Part shown: positions 9,714-16,907 of the stretch, piece after piece
Position numbering within the stretch: position 1 is the stretch's first letter
How the letters are laid out: every line of letters begins with the position of its first letter
Assembly: GCA_965222155.1 (NCBI GenBank)
Contig: CBDCTH010000002.1
Span: forward strand, 1-21,786
Reading direction: 5' to 3'
DNA length: 21,786 nt
Origin: Gammaproteobacteria bacterium
GTDB lineage: Bacteria; Pseudomonadota; Gammaproteobacteria; Eutrophobiales; Eutrophobiaceae
Notes under the pieces: model-generated
Seen by the model: only the letters and a program-made list of their open reading frames with translations
Databases searched by the model: none
What the model was told of the DNA's origin: nothing
Made by a program: the position numbers and the translations under genes

Positions 9714-10350
9714 CGGAATCAGAATATGCGCCTGTGATCCCGGCAAGAGGCGCGACTCATTCGGGCTCGTGTCGCTGTTCGTGGATGTCGAAAAGAATCG
9801 CATATTCGTGGAGTTCGCCAAGAGGTGGCTGCGCAAAGACTACATGTATGTGGAAGAACAGGTCGCGCTGTACCATCAAAAAGCCCATTGGAGTGACATA
9901 TTCGTGGAACAAAACAACACCGGAGAGCATGTCATAGAGATGCTGCGGAAAAAATACGCCCTGCCCGTAAGGGCGGTGACCACCGTGGGAAAAATCACCG
10001 ACCCAAAAAAACACCACAAGCTGAAAACCATGTCAAAGTCGGAGATGGTGAACTGGTTTCTCAAGGCAAAACAGCGGCATATGGTGCTGTTCCCACACTC
10101 GCTTAACGTTGACATGCTTGAGCTAAAACGGCAGATAGCGATATTTGCCGAATATCGCACGGATGCCGGCAACGTGACGTATCACGCCCCGGGAAACGAG
10201 CATGACGACTTGGTGATGGCCATGTTGATCGCGTGCTTTGGGGCGCGCAGGTGGATACGCATAGGATCTGCTGACAACCAACTGGTATGGGGGCCGATCA
10301 CGTATCATGACCCTTATATGGACGAGCTGGGAGAAGTGACATATGTCTAG
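9706..10350 (+). CDS. terL: Terminase large subunit, RNase H-like nuclease domain as a separate gene
   Basis: ACDPG...D, VEQN and HDDLVMA catalytic motifs; has its own SD (AAGGAGG, 9693-9699) before the ATG at 9706. Confidence 0.85.
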   Translation: MPDGIRICACDPGKRRDSFGLVSLFVDVEKNRIFVEFAKRWLRKDYMYVEEQVALYHQKAHWSDIFVEQNNTGEHVIEMLRKKYALPVRAVTTVGKITDPKKHHKLKTMSKSEMVNWFLKAKQRHMVLFPHSLNVDMLELKRQIAIFAEYRTDAGNVTYHAPGNEHDDLVMAMLIACFGARRWIRIGSADNQLVWGPITYHDPYMDELGEVTYV

Positions 10351-11779
10351 TTTTGCGGGGCCCCTGTCAATCACGGACACAGACATTGAAGATCACGTCC
10401 CGCTGCAACAGCTGGTGGCCATAGACGAAAAAACACTCTCTCCGCTTACGGCCGGCGAGCTGACTGCCAGGGTAAATCTTAACAGCATGCCGGAGCTTTA
10501 CCATAACCCGATGCACGAATTAGATTATCGCGTGTACGAGGCGATCGTGACCAAAACACTCGTCGGGAGTCTGATAGACACGCTGGTGCGGTATATAATG
10601 GGCACCGGCTTCCAGCCGGAACTAGAGCTGCTCAACCCCGACGAGGACTCCCAGAAAAACTCCGAAACAATAGAGAACAACCAGGATATAATAACGGCCC
10701 TAAAGTCAATCGACGACCAGATAAGCACTCCGCCCGAAGGGGAACATGACGTAACGTTCCAAATGAAGGTCGCGGCGATGATAACCAGTTGCTTGACTTA
10801 CAACAGAAGTGCCCTGATATTTCAGAAAGAGTCAGGCAGGACGATCAAGGTAAACGGGGTCTTATACCCACAGATACCCACGCACCTGCATTTCGCGCAT
10901 GCCCGGGATCTGGGCATGATAAGGATAAGCCCGGAGACCCGCAGGATGACGGCAGTCGACTGGCGCCATTCGCAACAGATGATCGGGGTAAAGGACATGA
11001 TATACCTATGGAACCCGTCAACTGCCGCCAAGACGCACAATTCATGGTATTACGGCACGTCCATGTTGACTCCGCTAATCAGTTCCGCCAAGGTAATCCG
11101 GCAACTCCTTGCGCAGTCGTTTCCGGCAATGTCGACCAACGCTTGGGCCGGGCTATACCTGTTGGTGGTAAAGAATGACGGGGCGGACGTCAAGGCCAAG
11201 CAAAAAGAGTACGAGGAGTTGGTTGACAAACTTCCCGCCGGCAAAACCAGCATTCTCCTAAAAGACCCCGAAGACACAGAACTGCACAATATACACTTTG
11301 ATCCCAAAATAAGCGAGTTTCAGAAGCTATTGGAAAGTCTGGTAAAGATGTGCATTTCCGTCGTCGGGTTGCCGCATTCGGGATATTATGACCAGGCGTC
11401 TGCCAACCGCGCCACGCTAATCGGAAAGATACAGCTCACGTTGCGCACTGTGATAGAGCCGCTGCGGGAATGGATCTCGCAGGTATTGGAATCGCAATGG
11501 TATATGCGGAATTATCGCCGCATATACCCAGATCGGCAGGACGAGTTCCGCGTTTCGGTCGCATGGAGTGACCTCCACGTATCTGAGTGGCACGACACGA
11601 TAGACTCCATATTGCGTCTGGACTCCAGGGCTCCGCTAAAGGATTCCGATTTCGGGGATCTGGTCGGGCTGCCAGCCTATCCGGGAATGTTGGAGCCGGG
11701 CGGCGAAGTGACCCCGGGAGGCTACACGATGCGAAGCTCAAAAGAGGATGATTCTTCCTCAAAACCCAAGATACCATGA
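10343..11779 (+). CDS. Portal protein
   Basis: 478 aa directly after the terminase; YYGTSMLTP and ISVVGLP...SANRAT motifs typical of portals. Confidence 0.8.
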   Translation: MSSFAGPLSITDTDIEDHVPLQQLVAIDEKTLSPLTAGELTARVNLNSMPELYHNPMHELDYRVYEAIVTKTLVGSLIDTLVRYIMGTGFQPELELLNPDEDSQKNSETIENNQDIITALKSIDDQISTPPEGEHDVTFQMKVAAMITSCLTYNRSALIFQKESGRTIKVNGVLYPQIPTHLHFAHARDLGMIRISPETRRMTAVDWRHSQQMIGVKDMIYLWNPSTAAKTHNSWYYGTSMLTPLISSAKVIRQLLAQSFPAMSTNAWAGLYLLVVKNDGADVKAKQKEYEELVDKLPAGKTSILLKDPEDTELHNIHFDPKISEFQKLLESLVKMCISVVGLPHSGYYDQASANRATLIGKIQLTLRTVIEPLREWISQVLESQWYMRNYRRIYPDRQDEFRVSVAWSDLHVSEWHDTIDSILRLDSRAPLKDSDFGDLVGLPAYPGMLEPGGEVTPGGYTMRSSKEDDSSSKPKIP

Positions 11780-12369
11780 CTCAATGCGACTGCTGCCAAG
11801 AAAAACGCGTCATGCGCGTGCTAAACGGAATACGCTCCCACATGGAGCCCCAGACGCAAATGGTCGTGGAGACGTTTTTGATATCGGACAAGCCGAACAA
11901 ACAGGGCTGGTACACCTCGTGGGACAGCATAGTAAAGAACGCAAAAAGCTTCATCGGGCGGCCCGGGGTATTATACGAGGAATGTGACATGCATGAATGC
12001 AAACTCAAACATCCCTCTACGATAAACCAAGAGAAATACGCAGTATCCCGTATAACGTCGGTCAATCTGGACGAGTCCGCGCATACCGCATACGCCGTAC
12101 ATGAGATCACGGATCCTGCGTTTGCCGTGAAATTGCGTCAGAATGACAACGTATACGTGTCCCCTTCCATTCTTCCGATAAATCAACCTACCCCAATCTA
12201 CAGGATGGACGGCAGCGGATTGGTGTGGAATACGGGAGACTGGTTAGGGCTACACTTGGCGTGGGTCGACAGCCCGGCGTACGGCAGCGTGGCCGGGATC
12301 AGGCGTATTTTGAGCGCGACGACAAAGGAACGCATTGATCGTGTTATCAGTGGTATAAAACGACTATAG
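11776..12369 (+). CDS. Probable prohead maturation protease
   Basis: Follows the portal by an ATGA overlap; PNKQGW, conserved His, VSPS and HLAWVDSPAY resemble HK97/herpes-fold capsid proteases. Confidence 0.6.
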   Translation: MTQCDCCQEKRVMRVLNGIRSHMEPQTQMVVETFLISDKPNKQGWYTSWDSIVKNAKSFIGRPGVLYEECDMHECKLKHPSTINQEKYAVSRITSVNLDESAHTAYAVHEITDPAFAVKLRQNDNVYVSPSILPINQPTPIYRMDGSGLVWNTGDWLGLHLAWVDSPAYGSVAGIRRILSATTKERIDRVISGIKRL

Positions 12370-12385
12370 ACGGTACATCTGCATA

Positions 12386-12454
12386 GGCGTACATACTCTG
12401 GCGTACAAACACGCGACGTACAAACACTCGGCGTACAAATCACGGCGTACAAAC
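12386..12454. repeat. GGCGTACAAAC short direct-repeat array 1 (5 copies, 14-15 bp period)
   Basis: Copies at 12386, 12400, 12415, 12430 and 12444. Confidence 0.9.
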
Positions 12455-12757
12455 GAGGTTATGCCTTCTGTGTTCACGATCATTGAGCGCGTCCACTTGG
12501 CATTCCATTTTCTCAGCGAGCGCGTATCCCTTGGATCCCCATCCGAGGCCCATATGGACAGCATATGCAATCTTTATTATACGGACGTTGCCTTTGCGGG
12601 TCTCCCGGATCGTCTTCGGCTCGTGGTCTGGATCGCACTCAAGAATTGCCAGGTTACGGTATTCTACATGTCTTGAGAACGCACATTTGGACAAAAAAAG
12701 GTATTTACGCGGCCCTAGCGGGAAGGAGCACTGATCGCATCTGGTTATGGTGTCCAT
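12440..12757 (-). CDS. Hypothetical protein, GPRKY family paralog 2
   Basis: Shares GPRKY.FL, NLAI.ECD, I.ETRKGN.RI and LNDRE with 12745..13047. Confidence 0.8.
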   Translation of the reverse strand: MDTITRCDQCSFPLGPRKYLFLSKCAFSRHVEYRNLAILECDPDHEPKTIRETRKGNVRIIKIAYAVHMGLGWGSKGYALAEKMECQVDALNDREHRRHNLVCTP

Positions 12758-13047
12758 ATCTCTCCCTCCCTGATGCTCAGTTCACGATCGTTGAGGCCGG
12801 CTATTTCGCCCTCCATCTGTTGCGCGAGCCGATATCCAAATGATCTGTCGCTGGCGCCTACATAGACGTTATATCTGGCGTCCATTATGCGGGCGTTGCC
12901 CTTGCGGGTCTCTTTGATCATTTGGGGGGTATGACTCTCGTCACACTCGATGATCGCCAGGTTGTAGTACCCGGTATGTTTTGAGGGGGCGGTTTTTTGT
13001 AAAAAAACGTATTTGCGCGGCCCTATTTGGTTTGGTTTTGCTGCCAT
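12745..13047 (-). CDS. Hypothetical protein, GPRKY family paralog 1
   Basis: First gene left of palindrome 1; clear paralog of the next gene. Confidence 0.8.
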   Translation of the reverse strand: MAAKPNQIGPRKYVFLQKTAPSKHTGYYNLAIIECDESHTPQMIKETRKGNARIMDARYNVYVGASDRSFGYRLAQQMEGEIAGLNDRELSIREGEIWTP

Positions 13048-13050
13048 GCT

Positions 13051-13186
13051 TATTATGACGGCATCCTCATATATAAGGATATGTAACTTAATATGTGTAA
13101 ATTGTGATACTATAGATAAGCCTATAGTATCACAATTTACGTATATTAGGTCGCATATCCTTATATACTAGTATGCCGTCATAATA
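13051..13186. promoter_or_regulatory. 136-bp imperfect palindrome, bidirectional promoter 1
   Basis: Perfect arm pairs 13051-64/13173-86, 13070-83/13154-67 (TTATATA box) and 13097-115/13122-40, with a 6-nt centre ATAAGC. The ATGs at 13047 and 13190 are mirror-symmetric. Confidence 0.85.
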
Positions 13187-13189
13187 GAT

Positions 13190-13501
13190 ATGGAAAAACC
13201 ATACATCACGAACACGATCATAACCGCAGAGCCCACATTTTTTGTGGAGACGGGCTTCTGCGGGTCAGCGATCAAAGCAGCCTCCTGGGATGAGGCTATG
13301 AGCAGAGCGGCCGAATATATGGCCGAGTTGTATTACGGTGCCGACGAGCACGAGACACGACGGACCAGCTATACAGTATATCGGCTGCCCGCCGGAACGA
13401 CGATCTGGGACGGGGACGGTATCTCGCCGGCAGATATGCACATCTGCGAGGTGACGGGCGAGTCGCGGGACGCGACGTATTTGGAGGAGGGAGGGATATA
13501 A
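13190..13501 (+). CDS. AASWDEA-family small protein
   Basis: PTFFV...IKAASWDEAMSRAAEY...SYTVYRL...ESRDATYLEE. Confidence 0.8.
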   Translation: MEKPYITNTIITAEPTFFVETGFCGSAIKAASWDEAMSRAAEYMAELYYGADEHETRRTSYTVYRLPAGTTIWDGDGISPADMHICEVTGESRDATYLEEGGI

Positions 13502-13516
13502 CACAACAAGGGATGT

Positions 13517-13797
13517 ATGATCTCTGAGTCCATATTTTTGTTATGTGGGGACTCTTACGGCCTCAAGATCAAAGCGGCCTCCTGGGACGAGGCCATGGAT
13601 AAGGCATTCATACACATGGTCGAGTCCGACTATGAGGATGACGGGCAAGTCGAGTCCGACTATGGGGAACGGAGCGGATCAGCTACAACGTGTACAAGCT
13701 GCCTGCCAGCGTGCATGGCGACTCCTACATTCCGCCGGCCGTCCTGGATGGATGCGAGTCGCGGAACGGGACGTATGTCAGGGGGCGGGAGGCATGA
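13517..13797 (+). pseudogene. AASWDEA-family gene, frameshifted near 13664
   Basis: The N-terminal frame has IKAASWDEAM; the C-terminal family motifs (GTERISYNVYKLP...GCESRNGTYVRGREA*) lie in another frame after a duplicated GTCGAGTCCGACTATG. Confidence 0.7.
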
Positions 13798-14003
13798 CCT
13801 CGTCCACATTTTTTGTGAAAAGCGACTTTTGCGATTCCGCGTTCAGAGCGTCCTCTTGGGACGAGGCCATGGATAGGGCAGCCGAATATGTGGCTAAATC
13901 GTACTACGGAGGTGACGAGCACGGGACGCAGCGGCCCACCTATACAGTATATCGGCTGTCTGACGGATCAGACGGATGTGAGTCGCAGGAGGACGTGCTT
14001 TGA
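13794..14003 (+). CDS. AASWDEA-family small protein
   Basis: MTSSTFFV...RASSWDEAMDRAAEY...TYTVYRL...CESQ; starts at a GGAGGC-ATGA junction. Confidence 0.8.
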   Translation: MTSSTFFVKSDFCDSAFRASSWDEAMDRAAEYVAKSYYGGDEHGTQRPTYTVYRLSDGSDGCESQEDVL

Positions 14004-14072
14004 GGAGGGGGGTTAGGTTCTGACGCGGATTCCATATCTTATAATACTAGACTAATCTAATAATATGCAGTT

Positions 14073-14807
14073 TTGACACTTATAGCAAAGACAAGAGGCT
14101 CCGACGGAATAAAGGCGGTCATGTCTGCGATCTCCACTCTGGTAGAGGAGGCCACGTTTGTGGCCAATGCCGCTGGGATCACGTTCCGTGGCATGGATCC
14201 TTCACACGTGGGGCTGATAGACATTCTGTGGCCCAGTTCCGCCTTTGAGAGGTATGAGTGCGACGGCGACATAAAATTTGGCGTGAGTGTAGACGAGCTC
14301 TTAAAGCTGCTCAAGCGGGCAGGCAAGAAAGACGACATTGAGATAAGCATCTCAGAGAAAAATATGCTTCTGATCGCGATGGGCAAGGACAAAAAGTATG
14401 AGATGCGGTTGATTGAGAGCTCCGTTACGGACTCGCCGCTGCCAAAGGTTACCTTTGACGCAAGGATTGAGATTGATTCTAAGATCTTTAACAGGGTATT
14501 GGGGGATGTGCGTGTCATATCTGATTACATTGTCATATCCGCGACAAAGTCGGGCGCGACATTCTCTGGGACGGGAAATATGGGTAAGGTGACAGTCGAA
14601 CTGGGTGCGGATATAAAGAGTATCGAAGTAAAGACTGACTGCTCCGGGTCCTACAGCCTGGAATATCTCACTCCGTTGGTAAAGGCCGTGGGGGACACAG
14701 CCAAAATCATCACGTGTGAGTATTCAGAGGAACAGCCACTTCGCATAGAATTTATGATAAGGGACGTTAGAATCCACTTTTACCTGGCTCCCAGTGTAAA
14801 CAACTAG
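14073..14807 (+). CDS. pcn: DNA polymerase sliding clamp (PCNA), thaumarchaeal type
   Basis: FRGMDPSHV, YECD, PLPK, YSLEYL, PLRIEF and HFYLAP signatures; TTG start; TTATAATA at 14039-14046. Confidence 0.95.
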   Translation: MTLIAKTRGSDGIKAVMSAISTLVEEATFVANAAGITFRGMDPSHVGLIDILWPSSAFERYECDGDIKFGVSVDELLKLLKRAGKKDDIEISISEKNMLLIAMGKDKKYEMRLIESSVTDSPLPKVTFDARIEIDSKIFNRVLGDVRVISDYIVISATKSGATFSGTGNMGKVTVELGADIKSIEVKTDCSGSYSLEYLTPLVKAVGDTAKIITCEYSEEQPLRIEFMIRDVRIHFYLAPSVNN

Positions 14808-14829
14808 ATATCAGTTATGTATGTATGTA

Positions 14830-14917
14830 TTTGTTTATCTTTACCGGTATAAAGTAAACGTTTGTTTACTTTTACTGGTGTAAAGTAAACGTTTGTTTAT
14901 TTTTACAGCGTTAAAAA
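14830..14917. repeat. 31-bp tandem repeat, ~2.7 copies (TTTGTTTAYYTTTACYGGTRTAAAGTAAACG)
   Basis: Copies at 14830, 14861 and 14892 (partial). Confidence 0.9.
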
Positions 14918-14942
14918 TTTAGCTCATAAGATCAACAAGAAA

Positions 14943-15037
14943 CTTAATAACAATTCATAACATCGCCCGCGTTTCTTAATAACAATTCATAACATCTCCC
15001 ACATTTCTTAATAACATTTCCCACATTTCTTAATAAC
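14943..15037. repeat. CTTAATAAC-core direct repeats x4
   Basis: At 14943, 14975, 15007 and 15029; the first two extend to CTTAATAACAATTCATAACATC. Confidence 0.9.
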
Positions 15038-15290
15038 TTTCCAAATTGCAGGCCCGTGGCATATTGCCAGATTATGATACTATTGTCATACGCGTACAGT
15101 ATATTACCGATTTATTGACATTATTGACATTTATTTCTTGCTTTGTATATATTTTCGAAAAAAGAGAAAGACGTAAAACGCTAATTACAAAAAAGCATAA
15201 CAAAACAACGTCAATAATGTCAATAATGTTGACGTACTTGCTACAATAATATACTCACATCTACCAGGGGCCTGCAATCTTACCAGCCCC

Positions 15291-15417
15291 GGCGTACAAA
15301 CAGGCGTATACTCTGACGTACAAACGCTCGGCGTATACTCTGGCGTACAAACAGGCGTATACCCGGTGTACAAACACTCGGCGTATACTCTGGCGTACAA
15401 ACGCCCGGCGTATACAC
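15291..15417. repeat. GGCGTACAAAC / GGCGTATAC alternating repeat array 2 (10 units)
   Basis: Units at 15291, 15303, 15315, 15330, 15342, 15354, 15365, 15380, 15392 and 15407. Confidence 0.9.
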
Positions 15418-15663
15418 CTACTTTACGCGCATAAAGTCGTCTGGTATCCTGTCAACCATCCTGACCACGTATGGGTATAGTCTGGGATCCATTTCACGCA
15501 CCAAGTATAGTTTTTGGCGGCGTATCTTGTTGGAGCTCGTCAGGGCCCTGATCACGCCTAGTGTGCCCTCATACGCGGTGGCCAACAGCGTTCCGCGATG
15601 GCCTTCGGCGCCAATGCAGAACTTGTTATCGTCCCCCTCAGGCGAGTCGCGGGGGGAGATCAT
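15418..15663 (-). CDS. Small protein with MISPRDSPEG leader, possibly a divergent AASWDEA-family member
   Basis: Identical 10-aa N-terminus to 15660..15983; GGAGGC-ATGA junction. Confidence 0.7.
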   Translation of the reverse strand: MISPRDSPEGDDNKFCIGAEGHRGTLLATAYEGTLGVIRALTSSNKIRRQKLYLVREMDPRLYPYVVRMVDRIPDDFMRVK

Positions 15664-15983
15664 GCCTCCTCCTCCAAATACGTCGCGTCCTGCGACTCGC
15701 AGGTATCCAGGACGAATTGTGAGACGATATCTTTGTTCCAGATCGCCGTCCCGGCGGGTAGCTTATAGACCGTATAGCTGATCCACTGTTCTTCGTATAT
15801 ATCACACGGGTGGTCGGCTTCGGCTATATACTTGGCCGCTCTACTCATAGCCTCATCCCAGGAGGCTGCTCTGATCGTGGTGCCGTCGATGGATCCGAAC
15901 CCAACAAAAAATGTGGACTCATCGGCTATGGTTTTCTGTGGTATGTTGTATTCTCCCTCGGGCGAGTCGCGGGGGGAAATCAT
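15660..15983 (-). CDS. AASWDEA-family small protein
   Basis: ESTFFV...IRAASWDEAMSRAAKY...SYTVYKLP...CESQDATYLEEEA; the ATG at 15983 overlaps the upstream TGA. Confidence 0.8.
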   Translation of the reverse strand: MISPRDSPEGEYNIPQKTIADESTFFVGFGSIDGTTIRAASWDEAMSRAAKYIAEADHPCDIYEEQWISYTVYKLPAGTAIWNKDIVSQFVLDTCESQDATYLEEEA

Positions 15984-16291
15984 TCTTCCCACCCCCAGGC
16001 ATATGTCGCGTCCTGCGATTCGCAGTCCTCTAGGATCTCTAGATATGCGTCGCCTTTGGGATCGACATATACGTCCTCAGGCACCCGGTATACGGTGTAG
16101 CTGACCCATTGGGGCCCGTATTTGTCAGTTACTGTCTCGTTACAGTAGCCTGATTCGAGCATGAGTTTGCGTCCTTTGTTGTGTGCCTCCTCCCAGGAGG
16201 CTGCTTTGATGCTGGAGCGAAAAGAGTAGGCAGTGATAATAAATGTGGACTCTTCGGCTGCGCTTGCGTACGGTATGCTGATTTTTGGCAT
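15980..16291 (-). CDS. AASWDEA-family small protein
   Basis: ESTFII...IKAASWEEA...SYTVYRVP...CESQDATY; first gene left of palindrome 2. Confidence 0.8.
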   Translation of the reverse strand: MPKISIPYASAAEESTFIITAYSFRSSIKAASWEEAHNKGRKLMLESGYCNETVTDKYGPQWVSYTVYRVPEDVYVDPKGDAYLEILEDCESQDATYAWGWEE

Positions 16292-16312
16292 ATGTTCCTG
16301 TACTCGTCCTCA

Positions 16313-16410
16313 TATATAAGGATGTGTAACCTAATATGCGTAAATTGTGATACTATAGATTGTGCTATAGTATCACAGTTTACGCATATTAGGTGACATA
16401 TCCTTATATA
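16313..16410. promoter_or_regulatory. 98-bp palindrome, bidirectional promoter 2 (homologous to promoter 1)
   Basis: 46-bp arms at 16313-58 and 16365-410 (43/46 complementary), centre ATTGTG. The ATGs at 16291 and 16432 are mirror-symmetric. Confidence 0.85.
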
Positions 16411-16431
16411 GCGGGCGAGGTATAGGGAAAT

Positions 16432-16677
16432 ATGTCCAAAACACGCAAACAGCACGCAAGCGCAACAGCCGGAGTTCTTTTTTGTCTACATGACGACTAC
16501 GGCTGTTCCAGCACATTTAGAGCGTCCTCCTGGAAGGACGCGATCACCAAAGTGGCCAAATATGTGGCCAAGATCGACTATAACGTCGACGAGGGCCGTA
16601 TGCAGCGGGCCAACTACAACATATGTAGACTGGCTGCATGCCGGCATGCAGAACACGTTAAGGAGGGGGAGGCATGA
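16432..16677 (+). CDS. AASWDEA-family small protein
   Basis: FRASSWKDAITKVAKY...NYNICRL...EGEA. Confidence 0.75.
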   Translation: MSKTRKQHASATAGVLFCLHDDYGCSSTFRASSWKDAITKVAKYVAKIDYNVDEGRMQRANYNICRLAACRHAEHVKEGEA

Positions 16678-16907
16678 TCTCTTCCTTCCACATAAGCGAA
16701 GCAAAGCCCACATTTTTTGTCGAGACCCGGCCGGATGGCTCTGGGATCCTCGCGTCCTCCTGGGAGGACGCGCTGGCCAAGGCGGCATGCAAGGGCAATC
16801 CCTATCATGAGGCCGACGATCACGGGATGCCACGGATCAGCTACAGTGTCTACAGGATAGCTGTAGCCCTGCAAGATGGCATGCGCACAAAGGAGAGAGA
16901 GGCATGA
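16674..16907 (+). CDS. AASWDEA-family small protein
   Basis: PTFFVET...LASSWEDA...ISYSVYRI...EREA. Confidence 0.8.
   Translation: MISSFHISEAKPTFFVETRPDGSGILASSWEDALAKAACKGNPYHEADDHGMPRISYSVYRIAVALQDGMRTKEREA

Larger units (their letters stand above)
14815..15290. other. AT-rich repeat-dense intergenic region, candidate replication origin
   Basis: 31-bp tandem semi-palindromic repeats, CTTAATAAC x4 and nested inverted repeats; lies next to pcn. Confidence 0.5.

Noticed and set aside
13051-13186. Protelomerase (telRL-like) hairpin telomere site
   Set aside because: The centre is an asymmetric 6-nt spacer, there are two copies 3.2 kb apart, TATA/ATG geometry explains the arms, and no protelomerase is seen.
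13545-13793. Long N-terminal extensions in track ORFs 13545..14003, 17319..17609 and 17564..17821
   Set aside because: True starts are better placed at the conserved ATGA junctions (13794, 17346 and 17606).
14057-14518. Antisense ORF over pcn (likewise 493..981, 1282..1686, 3902..4264 and 4974..5567)
   Set aside because: Antisense shadows of better-supported genes.
15046-15400. ORFs 15046..15249 and 15185..15400 (and 12198..12452)
   Set aside because: Translations of repeat DNA with low-complexity products and no supporting signals.
15291-15417. CRISPR or mini-CRISPR interpretation of the GGCGTA arrays
   Set aside because: Units are 9-11 bp with only 1-4 bp between them; there are no unique spacers of CRISPR length.
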